64,000 bases of DNA from Syntrophomonadaceae bacterium (lineage in GTDB: Bacteria > Bacillota > Syntrophomonadia > Syntrophomonadales > Syntrophomonadaceae): NCBI GenBank assembly GCA_050943315.1, contig JBMNOY010000001.1, positions 37,204 to 101,203 of the forward strand, given 5' to 3'. The translations under genes and the position numbers were made by a program. The notes beneath the pieces are model-generated. The model searched no databases and was not told the DNA's origin. It saw only the letters and a program-made list of their open reading frames with translations. Shown in pieces: positions 1 to 9,991 of this stretch. The stretch's first letter is position 1. Each line of letters opens with the position of its first letter.

Positions 1-698
1 GAAATGCCAGGCTCCCGGTTTATCGACAACCTGTAGTATATATTATAAATTCCGGCAGCGAACTGGTACTACCCGGGGTGCCTCTTAGTACAGGAAAAAT
101 ATATAACAGTAACCGATCTCTATTTTTCGCCAAATTAGCCCGGGAGCAGTGCACAGTAAAAACCGGACCATGTCCGGTGTTGGATAAACGGGAAGAAATA
201 TGTGCGGAAATAAGCCATGGCTTAAAAGTTGCAGATATGGTGATAATTACCGGAGGTGCAGCTGATGGTGATTACGATTTGGTGCCGTCAGCCCTGGCGG
301 AAATTGGCGCTGAATTTATATATCACGGACTTTTAATGCAGCCAGGAGCGAAAAGCTCGGCCGCAGTAAAGGATGGCAAGCTGATTATTAACCTGCCGGG
401 AAATCCCTGGGCAGGTGATATTCTATTTGAGGTTTTAATTGTACCAGTTCTCAATAAAGTAAAAGGCATGAAAAACTGGTGCACCAGGTGGTTCGAAATT
501 ACACTCGAGGGTGATAACCTTGAACCAACTGATTTGAGGCGAATGTGCCGGGGAGAATTAAGAGCTGGCCATGATGTGTCACTGGTAGCTGGTTATCTCG
601 AAAAAAACCAACCTTGTACCGGGATCAGGCCTTTAATACTCGATATTCAGCCGGGACAGGGACACGAAGGAGATATAATCCGGGCACTCCTTATCTAA
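1..698 (+). CDS. moeA: MoeA-like molybdopterin molybdenumtransferase, C-terminal part (5' end lies outside the window)
   Basis: The reading frame is open from nt 3 with no stop. The translation runs ...INSGSELVLPGVPLSTGKIYNSN... then MVIITGGAADGDYD and NLPGNP, the MoCF-binding domain pattern of MoeA. The ORF track shows only the part from GTG-78. Confidence 0.7.
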   Translation, partial: NARLPVYRQPVVYIINSGSELVLPGVPLSTGKIYNSNRSLFFAKLAREQCTVKTGPCPVLDKREEICAEISHGLKVADMVIITGGAADGDYDLVPSALAEIGAEFIYHGLLMQPGAKSSAAVKDGKLIINLPGNPWAGDILFEVLIVPVLNKVKGMKNWCTRWFEITLEGDNLEPTDLRRMCRGELRAGHDVSLVAGYLEKNQPCTGIRPLILDIQPGQGHEGDIIRALLI

Positions 699-725
699 AA
701 GGAGGTGCTTTCTGCCAGAACACAC

Positions 726-765
726 GGGCAACCGGGGCTATTAATCCCGGTTGCCTTTCTTTATA
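726..765. terminator. Hairpin between convergent genes, likely a bidirectional terminator
   Basis: A 10-bp perfect stem pairs ggcaaccggg (727-736) with cccggttgcc (746-755) around a 9-nt loop. It is followed by tttctttat. Confidence 0.6.
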
Positions 766-820
766 TAATGTGTGCTGCTTTCCAACCATTGCGGCCTCGT
801 TTAAGCACCGCCACAGTAAA

Positions 821-1921
821 CTATTGCGCCTTCTCTACAATTTGCTGGAACAGTTCATTGCGGCATACTGTTATGCGCTCAAAGTCCATAGCAGGAATAT
901 AATTGGCTTCCAGCTCATCATGTTGCTTTTTGGCTAATTGTATGCAGGCGATAGCATCTTTTAAACCTTCTTCAAAACGGCTGATGGCACTGTGAATATA
1001 TTTGATTCTTCCATCTATTAAAGACTTATTAATAAACTGATTGAAATCCAGTAACCTTTTATATTTGGAAGTCGGTAGTTGTTGGGCATAGTCAACAATA
1101 TTAACCGAGATATCAACTAGCACGGTCCCAATATCGGGAAAGACCAGTAAATCCAATTCCCGGGGGTCAAAGGGATTGTGAAATACTTCCACATACACCC
1201 CTCTCATGGTGGCTTGCTGCAGGGCATAGTCAAACAAAGTCCCGGCTCCGGTCCCGGGGAATCCCTTGACTGCGAATATAGCATAATCCTTGGGCACCAG
1301 ACTGTTAGCTTTATTGACGATTCCCTCCGGGGTTATGGCGGCTGCAAAAAGATGCCGCGGAGGTCTATTAGACACGGGTGCATTTCTGAATAATTCACCA
1401 GTTAGCTCCAGGATATTTCGATTTATGGCTCTGGCATCAGCGGTCTCCTGGTAGTGAGACTTCCAGTCCTCATAAGCTAATTTGGCCTCTTTGAGCCGGC
1501 TATAGGCCTGGTTAAAGAGATGAGATATTTCATTAGAAAGCTTTATTACCTCTTCACGATTAGCACGAATGATTTGATTATTCCAAAATTCGCCCAAGTT
1601 TATTATGCGATCAACTGCACCTGGATAACGCGGGTCAACTACATGGGGAGCAGTTCCATCCAGTATGCAAACCTGCTTGTTACTACCGACAACTATAGCA
1701 TCAAGGGAATTGTTATCAGATGAACACCAGTGGTACTCTATATCGAATCCTTGTTTGGAACATTCTTTGGCCAAATTTTTCATTAAGGTAGATTTTCCAA
1801 CCCCGGGGCCACCTTTTAATACGATTTTTTCTTCCGGACATCCGGGAACGATATAGTCATAATATGAATAAAAACCATAGCATGTATTACCGCCCGGAAA
1901 CATGTCTCTAATTTTGCTCAC
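821..1921 (-). CDS. P-loop NTPase of unknown function, with two Walker-A-like motifs
   Basis: This is a 366-aa ORF. It has a Walker A GGPGVGKST near the N-terminus and a second degenerate G-rich loop, KGFPGTGAGT, at about residue 210. I recognise no other domain. Confidence 0.6.
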   Translation of the reverse strand: MSKIRDMFPGGNTCYGFYSYYDYIVPGCPEEKIVLKGGPGVGKSTLMKNLAKECSKQGFDIEYHWCSSDNNSLDAIVVGSNKQVCILDGTAPHVVDPRYPGAVDRIINLGEFWNNQIIRANREEVIKLSNEISHLFNQAYSRLKEAKLAYEDWKSHYQETADARAINRNILELTGELFRNAPVSNRPPRHLFAAAITPEGIVNKANSLVPKDYAIFAVKGFPGTGAGTLFDYALQQATMRGVYVEVFHNPFDPRELDLLVFPDIGTVLVDISVNIVDYAQQLPTSKYKRLLDFNQFINKSLIDGRIKYIHSAISRFEEGLKDAIACIQLAKKQHDELEANYIPAMDFERITVCRNELFQQIVEKAQ

Positions 1922-2106
1922 TCACCGCACCTCCATAAATGGGTATAATTTTACGTCTAATTTATTAACCCACCTGCTTAATAATTCACCATCACATATT
2001 TAATAAGGAATATTATTTGAAGTTTTGGATTAGAACTACCTTGTTAGACAGTATTTTGTATAATATATTTGACTGAGTTACCTACCAGCGCTTACCGGGG
2101 AGGATT

Positions 2107-4935
2107 TTGTACTTGCATAGCCAATGGGATTTACAAAAGTATGATCAATATATAGTCGATGCAATTAGTCAACAGCTGGGAATTAGCAGAACTATCGCAA
2201 TTTTGCTTAACCAGAGAGGTATTGATTCGGTTGCCCAGGCCAAACGGTTTATCCAGGCAGAACTGGAAGATTTGACTGAGCCGACAATGCTTACCGGGAT
2301 CACAGTTGCTGTCCAGCGCATAGAGAAAGCGATCTTAGCCGGCGAAAAGGTTGTAATCTACGGAGATTACGATGTTGACGGTATATGCAGTACGGTTCTG
2401 ATGGTAGAATGCTTAACGGCTTTAGGGTGCCAGGTGGGTTATTATGTTCCCAGCCGGTTTATTGAAGGTTATGGATTAAATTGCAATTCCGTGGAGTATT
2501 TAGCTCAACGTGGATATAGTTTATTAATTACGGTAGACTGTGGCATTACCTCTGTTGAAGAGACCAAACTGGCTAAAAGTTATGGTATGGAAATGATCAT
2601 AACCGATCATCATACTCTGCCTAAAACATTGCCTGAGGCGGTTGCAGTGATCAATCCCAGGTTGGATAATAACTGTGATAATTCTAATCTGGCCGGAGCA
2701 GGGGTGGCATTTGCTCTGGTGCGCGCTCTGTGCAAGGGAAAGATTCCGGACGACCAGGTATTTAATTGGCTGGATTTGGTAGCGCTGGCGACAATAGCAG
2801 ATATAGTTCCCTTGCTGGGAGACAATCGCATTTTGGTTAAACATGGTTTGGATAAACTTCAGAATACCTCCCGAATGGGATTAAAGGCTCTGTTTAGCGA
2901 AACCGGGCTGGATGGTATAGCCTTGACGCCCTGGCATGTAGGTTTTGTTTTGGCACCCCGGCTAAATGCCGCGGGACGGCTTGATAATGCAGCCACCAGT
3001 ATTGAACTATTGCTATGTCAGAATCTTCAAATTGCTAAGAACCTGGCCGCCCAGTTGTGCGCCCTTAATAATCAAAGAAGAGCGATTGAAGATAATATTT
3101 TTAAAGAAGCGGTTTTCCAGGTTGATATTGACAGTAACCTGAAGAAGCAGCCGATATTAGTTTTAGCTGCCGAAGGATGGCACCAGGGGGTTATTGGTAT
3201 TGTTGCTTCCCGCCTGGCCGACCGGTATAACCGGCCGGTAATTCTAATATCCTGGGAAGGCAATCAGGGACACGGATCAGGTCGAAGCCATGGTGATTTT
3301 GACCTTTACCAGGCCTTATATGAATGCCGTGAATGTTTGCTCCAGTTTGGAGGACACCGGTTGGCAGCCGGGCTGAGCATAGAAAAGGATCAGTTTGGCG
3401 ACTTTCAGAAGATGATGTGGGAACAGGGAAGGACAATTGCAAGGGAAAAAGAAATCAGGAAGTATCGCATTGATATTGAACTGGAATATGATGATATTAA
3501 TAATAAATTATTAGAAGAACTTAAACTGCTGCATCCCTATGGAGAAGGTAATCCCTATCCAAGCTTTGCGATGCGAGCGGCTAAGATAAATAATCCCCTC
3601 TTGGTAGGAAAGAAAAAAGATCATCTAAAATGCAAAATCGGGTCACGTAATCTTGATGCTATCGCTTTTAATGGTGCCGGTTTAATAAACTTACCCTGGC
3701 GCAGTTGCTGCCAGGATATTGTGTTTAACCTGGAAGAAAACGAGTTTCGGGGCAGCAGATTTATTCAACTCAATATTAAAGATATGAAATGCAGCTTCAC
3801 ACCTGATAAGCCGGGTAAAAAATCCTCGGTAGCATCACTATACGAAGTGTGCCGTAAAGCTGCGCAGCAGATACATGTTAATCAGCCGGTATTATTCGTA
3901 TATCCTACTTATCGAAGTTTAACCAAACACTTGTGGGCGGTAAATAGGTTCTTTCTGCCGGGTGCAGTTAAGGTTTTACATGGAAGATTACAGGACAGCA
4001 CCAGAAAAGCGGTTCAGAAACAGTTCTTTTCCGGGGAAGCTGGAATTTTTCTAATTACTGAGCCTTATTTTAAGTATCTTAGCCATAGAGCTTCATTACC
4101 CGATAATCTTCATTATATAGTACTTATCTGGCTACAGGACGAAAATCAAGAATGGGGAAAACTGGGCCAAAGATTTGAGCTGGATAAAATTCCAGCCTGG
4201 AATAGTCCCCTGGGTAACGTACAGATAAGGAAAGGCTGGCACTATTCCGGCAGCAAACGCACTATTGTATATGCCAACCGGCTTCAGACCCTGGAAAAAC
4301 TAAATAACCGCTTTGCGCATGTAAGCCGGGAAGCCGGAATCACCAGCCTGAGCTCCAGAAGATTGATAAGACGGGAATTCTATAATGCCAGAACCGGCGC
4401 TCTTATATGTGACGGTGCCTGCACCAGTGACTTTTGGCCTCTGGAAAACGTTGATGAAGTTGTCTTCGCCGATGTACCTTATGGTAATTTTGAGGTAGCT
4501 GCATTATTGGAACAGGTGAAAAACAATGAGGGGTTGGAGATATCCTTACTTTTTGATCAGCAGGATATTACTTTCAATCGCAGCTATTTATCCAAAACAT
4601 ATCCCAATATCCGGGCAATAAAGGATGTGTGGTTTTATTTCCAGCAGACGGGCTGTAAACCAATTACAGCAGAGTTAAAAGAAATTACCGGTAAAATAAG
4701 CAGCTTTTTGGAACAACCTTTTTCACCGTCTCATTTACTACCTATATTGCTGATATTATCGGAGCTGGGCTTGTGTCAGGCCAAGAAAAAGGGTAGTATT
4801 ATGGAAATAAAGTTTACTAGAAGTGCAACTTCCATCCTGGATATTTCTGAATCACCCTATTATTTGGAAGGGGTTGCAGAAAAAAAAGCCTTTTGTAGGC
4901 TGGAAAACGAATTACATAAATATCTTACGCGGTGA
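2107..4935 (+). CDS. recJ: Single-stranded-DNA-specific exonuclease RecJ with a long C-terminal extension
   Basis: DHH-family motifs are present: GDYDVDGICS, TVDCGITS, ITDHH and the DHHA1 motif GGHRLAAGL. The RBS GGGGAGGA at 2097-2104 fits the TTG at 2113 better than the one at 2107. The product is 942 aa, whereas the catalytic core is about 560 aa. Confidence 0.9.
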   Translation: MYLHSQWDLQKYDQYIVDAISQQLGISRTIAILLNQRGIDSVAQAKRFIQAELEDLTEPTMLTGITVAVQRIEKAILAGEKVVIYGDYDVDGICSTVLMVECLTALGCQVGYYVPSRFIEGYGLNCNSVEYLAQRGYSLLITVDCGITSVEETKLAKSYGMEMIITDHHTLPKTLPEAVAVINPRLDNNCDNSNLAGAGVAFALVRALCKGKIPDDQVFNWLDLVALATIADIVPLLGDNRILVKHGLDKLQNTSRMGLKALFSETGLDGIALTPWHVGFVLAPRLNAAGRLDNAATSIELLLCQNLQIAKNLAAQLCALNNQRRAIEDNIFKEAVFQVDIDSNLKKQPILVLAAEGWHQGVIGIVASRLADRYNRPVILISWEGNQGHGSGRSHGDFDLYQALYECRECLLQFGGHRLAAGLSIEKDQFGDFQKMMWEQGRTIAREKEIRKYRIDIELEYDDINNKLLEELKLLHPYGEGNPYPSFAMRAAKINNPLLVGKKKDHLKCKIGSRNLDAIAFNGAGLINLPWRSCCQDIVFNLEENEFRGSRFIQLNIKDMKCSFTPDKPGKKSSVASLYEVCRKAAQQIHVNQPVLFVYPTYRSLTKHLWAVNRFFLPGAVKVLHGRLQDSTRKAVQKQFFSGEAGIFLITEPYFKYLSHRASLPDNLHYIVLIWLQDENQEWGKLGQRFELDKIPAWNSPLGNVQIRKGWHYSGSKRTIVYANRLQTLEKLNNRFAHVSREAGITSLSSRRLIRREFYNARTGALICDGACTSDFWPLENVDEVVFADVPYGNFEVAALLEQVKNNEGLEISLLFDQQDITFNRSYLSKTYPNIRAIKDVWFYFQQTGCKPITAELKEITGKISSFLEQPFSPSHLLPILLILSELGLCQAKKKGSIMEIKFTRSATSILDISESPYYLEGVAEKKAFCRLENELHKYLTR

Positions 4936-4940
4936 TTTAT

Positions 4941-7121
4941 ATGGAAGCAGAAAATATTATAGCAAGGGTTGCCAAGTATGATGCTAATGCTAATTTTGCC
5001 TTAATCGAAAAAGCATACAAATATGCTGAAATGGCTCACAAGGGACAAACGCGGATATCAGGGGAACCGTATATTATTCATCCTGTTGAAGTGGCGCTTA
5101 TTCTGACGGAGATAGAGATGGATACCGCCTCAATATGTGCAGCTCTGCTTCATGATGTCATCGAAGATACCAACATGAGCTATCTGAATGTGGAACAAGA
5201 ATTTGGTAAAGAGATAGCTTTGATAGTTGACGGACTGACCAAGCTAAGCCGCATACAGTTTCAGTCACGGGAGGAAGCCCAGGCAGAAAATCTGCGGAAG
5301 ATGTTCGTAGCTATGGCTAAGGATATTCGGGTTATTCTTATAAAACTGGCTGACCGGCTGCATAATATGCGGACTTTAGTTTATCAAAACGAACGCAAAC
5401 AAAAAGAAATAGCTCTGGAAACTTTGGAGATCTTTGTTCCCCTGGCTCATCGCCTGGGTATATTTAAGTTTAAATGGGAACTAGAAGACCTCTCCTTCCT
5501 ATACCTGGATCCCGACATGTACTATGCTATTGCCAAACGACTTAAAGCTAAACGCCGGGAGCGAGAGGAATATGTTAATACCCTGATTGAGCAGATTCGG
5601 CAAGGTCTGGAGCAGATCGGGATTAAAGCTGATATTGCCGGAAGGCCGAAAAATATTTACAGCATCTATAAGAAAATGCTGAAACAGATGAAAGATATCG
5701 ATGAGATTTATGATAAAATCGCCATTCGCGTGATTGTTAATCAAGTCCGGGATTGTTACGGTGTTTTGGGTATAATTCATACCATGTGGAAACCTCTGCC
5801 CGGCAGGTTTAAGGATTATATTGCCACTCCCAAGCAAAACATGTACCAATCACTGCACACTACTTTGATTGGTAAAGGGGGTGAACCTTTCGAGGTTCAG
5901 ATAAGAACCTGGGAAATGCATCGCACTGCCGAAACCGGAATTGCCGCACATTGGCTCTATAAGGAGGGTGCAGGTGCTAAAGACAAAAAACTTGACGAAA
6001 AGCTCTCCTGGCTCAGGCAAATTCTCGAATGGCAGCAGGAAGTAAAAGATACCAGTGAATTTATGGAATCCCTAAAAATTGATCTTTTTGATGATACTGT
6101 TTTCGTTTTCACCCCCAAGGGAAAGGTAATTGAGCTTCCCAAAGGGTCTTGTCCGGTTGACTTTGCTTACCGGGTTCATACCGAGGTTGGCCACCAGTGT
6201 ATCGGTTCCCGTGTCAACGGACGGATAGTGCCGTTGGAATATATTCTTGGCAATGGCGATATCGTGGAGATTATCACTTCTAAGAGTTCCCCTGGACCTA
6301 CCCGTGACTGGTTAAGTTTCGTAAAGACATCCTCAGCCAAAAGCAGAATAAAACAGTGGTTTAAACGCGAAAAGCGGGAGGAAAATACCATAAAAGGCCG
6401 GGACCTGCTGGAGATGGAACTCAAAAAAAGGCATCTTAATCCGCGGGAACTAATGAAAGAAGATAAGCTGCAGGAAATCGGCAACCGTTTAGGATTTGTG
6501 GAGATTGATGATCTTTATGCAGCTCTGGGTGACGGTGCAGTTACAAGCAATCAGGTTATAAACAAATTGCAGGAATTGTTTTTTCATGATACCCATGTTG
6601 AGGATATTTTGCCGGTACCGCCGTCAATACAGGGCATTGTCCCTAAAGAAAAAGAAACCAGTGCGATAAGGGTAAAAGGGGTAGATAATGTAGCGATAAG
6701 GTTGGCCCGGTGCTGTAATCCATTGCCAGGTGACCAGGTAATGGGATATATTACGCGGGGGAGAGGTATCTCCGTACACCGTGAAGACTGCCCCAATCTT
6801 CAGAATTATCTTAAAACGGAAAAAGACAGAATTTTAGAAGTGGAATGGTCAGACGAACATGGTGTATATACAGTGGAATTAGAGGTTAAAGCCTTCGACC
6901 GGTCCAGGCTGACATCGGATGTTATGGATGTAATTGCCGATACCAGAATTCATATCAATTCTATCTTTTCCCGGGTATCAAAAAATAGTTTTGCTATTAT
7001 TAATATTAAATTAGAGATTAAGGATATAAGTAAGTTGCAGGCAGTAATGGAAAGAATACAAAAAGTAAAAGATGTACTGGAAGTCAGAAGAGTTCTGCTG
7101 GGGAAGCCAGAGGTGAAATAA
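4941..7121 (+). CDS. relA: Bifunctional (p)ppGpp synthetase/hydrolase RelA/SpoT
   Basis: The HD hydrolase motif LLHDVIEDT and synthetase motifs RPKNIYSIYKKM and YQSLHTT are present. TGS-like and ACT-like C-terminal domains follow. I prefer ATG-4941; GTG-4932 overlaps the recJ stop codon. Confidence 0.95.
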   Translation: MEAENIIARVAKYDANANFALIEKAYKYAEMAHKGQTRISGEPYIIHPVEVALILTEIEMDTASICAALLHDVIEDTNMSYLNVEQEFGKEIALIVDGLTKLSRIQFQSREEAQAENLRKMFVAMAKDIRVILIKLADRLHNMRTLVYQNERKQKEIALETLEIFVPLAHRLGIFKFKWELEDLSFLYLDPDMYYAIAKRLKAKRREREEYVNTLIEQIRQGLEQIGIKADIAGRPKNIYSIYKKMLKQMKDIDEIYDKIAIRVIVNQVRDCYGVLGIIHTMWKPLPGRFKDYIATPKQNMYQSLHTTLIGKGGEPFEVQIRTWEMHRTAETGIAAHWLYKEGAGAKDKKLDEKLSWLRQILEWQQEVKDTSEFMESLKIDLFDDTVFVFTPKGKVIELPKGSCPVDFAYRVHTEVGHQCIGSRVNGRIVPLEYILGNGDIVEIITSKSSPGPTRDWLSFVKTSSAKSRIKQWFKREKREENTIKGRDLLEMELKKRHLNPRELMKEDKLQEIGNRLGFVEIDDLYAALGDGAVTSNQVINKLQELFFHDTHVEDILPVPPSIQGIVPKEKETSAIRVKGVDNVAIRLARCCNPLPGDQVMGYITRGRGISVHREDCPNLQNYLKTEKDRILEVEWSDEHGVYTVELEVKAFDRSRLTSDVMDVIADTRIHINSIFSRVSKNSFAIINIKLEIKDISKLQAVMERIQKVKDVLEVRRVLLGKPEVK

Positions 7122-7122
7122 A

Positions 7123-7572
7123 TTGCGCGCGGTAGTGCAAAGAACCAATTTCAGCCGGGTGGTTGTAAATGATAAAGAAACGGGTAACATAAAAAAAGGA
7201 CTTATGGTTCTACTGGGCATTAAGAAAGGTGATAACGAAGCCGATGCCCGGTATATGATGGATAAGATAGTTAATCTGCGTATATTTGAGGACCAGGAAG
7301 GAAAAATGAACCGGTCCCTTTTTGATGTGCAAGGTGAAATAATGCTGGTTAGTCAATTTACTCTTTACGGTGATGTACGCAAAGGGAGAAGACCCAGTTT
7401 TTCAGAGGCTGAGCTGCCCGACTTGGCTTTACCGCTTTTTAATTATTGTTTAAACTATTTAAAGGAAATGGGGATTAAGGTCCAAACTGGAGTATTTGGA
7501 GCCGAAATGCAGGTAGAAATTAATAATGATGGTCCATGTACGCTTTTAATAGACAGCGAAAAATTATTTTAG
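7123..7572 (+). CDS. dtd: D-aminoacyl-tRNA deacylase
   Basis: The product is 149 aa, starts MRAVVQR and contains SQFTLYGD..KGRRPSF, the conserved Dtd signature. Confidence 0.95.
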   Translation: MRAVVQRTNFSRVVVNDKETGNIKKGLMVLLGIKKGDNEADARYMMDKIVNLRIFEDQEGKMNRSLFDVQGEIMLVSQFTLYGDVRKGRRPSFSEAELPDLALPLFNYCLNYLKEMGIKVQTGVFGAEMQVEINNDGPCTLLIDSEKLF

Positions 7573-7612
7573 TAACTGGGTCTTATCATTTACCATTTAA
7601 GGAGGGTGTCGT

Positions 7613-8236
7613 ATGATTCTAAAGAGTATCGAAATCAGCACTATGGGTGAGAATTGTTACATTGTTGGCTGTGAAGAAACCAAAGAAGTAGCTGTTATTG
7701 ATCCCGGCGGGAATCACCGGGCAATATTGAGGATACTTGAAGAGAATGGTCTGAAGGCACTTTATATCATTAACACTCACGGACATATTGATCATATTGG
7801 CGGAAACCGTGGCGTTAAAGAGGCTACCGGTGCTAAAATACTTATTCATGAGAAAGATGCCAAAATGCTGGTTAATGCCGTATCTAATTTTTCCTTCTTA
7901 ATGGGTACCAGGGTTACCAGTCCGCCGGCGGATGAGTTTATTAAGCAAGGTGATATAATAAAAATCGGCAAGACAGTTGAGTTGGAAGTAATTCATACCC
8001 CGGGCCACAGTCCCGGCGGGATATGTTTAAAGACCGGGGATATAATATTTGTTGGGGATACTCTATTTATGGGTTCCATAGGCAGAACCGATTTTCCCGG
8101 CGGCTCTTATCCAGAGCTTATTAGTAATATTAAAGAAAAGCTGTTGTGTTATGATGATAGTGTAAAGATTTATCCCGGACACGGGCCGTCGTCAACTATT
8201 GGCTTTGAAAGAAAGAATAATCCGTTCCTGCAATAG
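7613..8236 (+). CDS. MBL-fold metallo-hydrolase (glyoxalase II-like)
   Basis: It carries the metal-binding motif THGHIDHIGG, later HTPGHSPG and a C-terminal GHG. The RBS AAGGAGGG lies upstream of the ATG. Confidence 0.85.
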   Translation: MILKSIEISTMGENCYIVGCEETKEVAVIDPGGNHRAILRILEENGLKALYIINTHGHIDHIGGNRGVKEATGAKILIHEKDAKMLVNAVSNFSFLMGTRVTSPPADEFIKQGDIIKIGKTVELEVIHTPGHSPGGICLKTGDIIFVGDTLFMGSIGRTDFPGGSYPELISNIKEKLLCYDDSVKIYPGHGPSSTIGFERKNNPFLQ

Positions 8237-8266
8237 GTGACAATAAAATGTAATAGTGAAATTAGG

Positions 8267-8300
8267 GCTTCTCATTAGTACTTTAATGAGAGGCTTTTTC
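8267..8300 (+). terminator. Rho-independent terminator after the MBL hydrolase gene
   Basis: A 10-bp stem (one G-U pair) joins gcttctcatt (8267-8276) and aatgagaggc (8285-8294). A ttttt run follows. Confidence 0.6.
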
Positions 8301-8476
8301 ATTCCTAAGTCTTGGGAAAGGAAATAGACGCAGACGGACACAGAATTATATGACCTGCGCAGACTTTATGAAAAATAATTATTAGTTATTGTTTGAGGCA
8401 TGCTAAATGGCGACTAACCTAAGAAGTAATACCTCACCACCCACGCCTTACCACATGATCCAAAGGAGGAATTCCT

Positions 8477-9955
8477 ATTTTATCAGTAGATGTTGAGCCC
8501 CCGGAATTATATAACCGGTTACATGATTTAATCCGCATGGCCTTTCCCGACCGCGAACTGAAATCCGGAAAAGCCCACGATGGTAATGATTATATAAATA
8601 TAAAAAATGCCCATCACGGCAATTGCCTCGAAATATCCGGTTTACTTAAGGTAGGCGATAAAGAAAGAGCTTTACGCAAGAGTTACCAAATTCCTGCCGA
8701 ATTGCCGGATAGGCAACAAATAGTGAGATTCAACCGGCAATTTGTTTACCTATTATTATGTGCCTGTCTGGGTAAAAACTTTAATCACTATGGAATTTTA
8801 ACCGGGGTTAGGCCTGTTAAACTGGTACACCAATTTATGGATCAGGGTTTGAGCGCTGAGGAGGTAGAGGATAGATTAAGCAACGAATATCTCCTAAGCC
8901 TAGATAAAGCTCAATTATTAACCGCGGTGGCCCTTAACAACCGGCCTTTTCTCCCCCGGCTGAATGCGAACTGCTCTAAAATCAGTATTTATATCGGTAT
9001 CCCTTATTGTCCCAGCCGGTGTTACTATTGCTCTTTTCCCGGGGCAATATTAACCAATTATGAACAGGAAATCATACCTTATATGGATGCATTGAAAAAG
9101 GAGATGCAAGTGATTGGCGACTATATCAGGGACCAAAGGGTTTCAATCGAAACCATTTACCTGGGCGGAGGAACCCCTACAGTTCTTAGGGAAACCGAGT
9201 TGGAAAGAATATTTGACCTGCTCGCAGCAAAATATGTTTCACCTGTAACCCTGGAGCTGACCGTTGAAGCCGGAAGGCCAGACACCCTTTCCCCGTCAAA
9301 AATAAAGCTGCTCCAACAAGCGGGTGTCTCCCGAATATGTATCAACCCGCAGACCATGAATAATGCGACTTTGTGTAAAATTGGCCGCAAACATGATCAG
9401 AAGGCGGTTATAGAAGCCTTTGACTGGGCGCGGCAGTCTGGTATCAGCCATATAAATATGGATCTGATTGTAGGACTTGCGGGAGAGAGCGCCTGTCATT
9501 ATGAAAATACTGCCCGGGAAATTCTCAAGTTGCAGCCGGATAATATAACGGTTCATACCCTGGCCGTAAAAAGAGGGTCAACAATGGCCGAATTAGAGGG
9601 TAAATGCAGCGATGGAGAAAAAGAACGGAATGTTTTCCAGGGCGTAAACTTTTTCAGCCAGGTTTTTACTCAGCATGGTTATGAACCTTATTATTTATAC
9701 CGGCAAAAATATATGCGGTCAAGTATGGAAAATACCGGTTATTCACTGCCGGGAAATTACTGTGTCTACAACATACAGATGATAGAGGAAAGACAGACAA
9801 TAATTGGAATGGGTGCCGGAGCGGCCAGTAAGTTTGTTAACACTGGTAATTGGAGGTTAACATCTTTTCACAATCCAAAGAACCCGGCAGTTTACTGTCA
9901 ATCCATAGATACCTTGATTAGCCGCAAAGTTGACAAGCTCAGGGCCTTAAATTAG
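8477..9955 (+). CDS. hemZ: HemZ-like oxygen-independent coproporphyrinogen dehydrogenase family radical SAM protein
   Basis: The radical SAM cluster motif CPSRCYYCSF is present in a HemN/HemZ-like layout. The first ATG is at 8537 but has no RBS. The frame is open from 8459, and AAAGGAGGA (8462-8470) sits 6 nt before an in-frame ATT at 8477. The start codon is therefore uncertain. Confidence 0.8.
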   Translation: MLSVDVEPPELYNRLHDLIRMAFPDRELKSGKAHDGNDYINIKNAHHGNCLEISGLLKVGDKERALRKSYQIPAELPDRQQIVRFNRQFVYLLLCACLGKNFNHYGILTGVRPVKLVHQFMDQGLSAEEVEDRLSNEYLLSLDKAQLLTAVALNNRPFLPRLNANCSKISIYIGIPYCPSRCYYCSFPGAILTNYEQEIIPYMDALKKEMQVIGDYIRDQRVSIETIYLGGGTPTVLRETELERIFDLLAAKYVSPVTLELTVEAGRPDTLSPSKIKLLQQAGVSRICINPQTMNNATLCKIGRKHDQKAVIEAFDWARQSGISHINMDLIVGLAGESACHYENTAREILKLQPDNITVHTLAVKRGSTMAELEGKCSDGEKERNVFQGVNFFSQVFTQHGYEPYYLYRQKYMRSSMENTGYSLPGNYCVYNIQMIEERQTIIGMGAGAASKFVNTGNWRLTSFHNPKNPAVYCQSIDTLISRKVDKLRALN

Positions 9956-9991
9956 AATTATCCAAGAAATATATTGCGGGAGGAAACATTA

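Noticed and set aside
614-937. + strand ORFs of 107 aa and 65 aa downstream of moeA.
   Set aside because: They run through the intergenic terminator hairpin and into the antisense strand of the ATPase gene. No RBS or motif is present.
8301-8470. A possible T-box leader upstream of hemZ-hisS-aspS; B. subtilis hisS-aspS has one.
   Set aside because: I found no T-box core (GGGTGGTACCGCG-like), no specifier-loop context and no terminator/antiterminator pair on either strand. Only a trivial CGCAGAC duplication is present.
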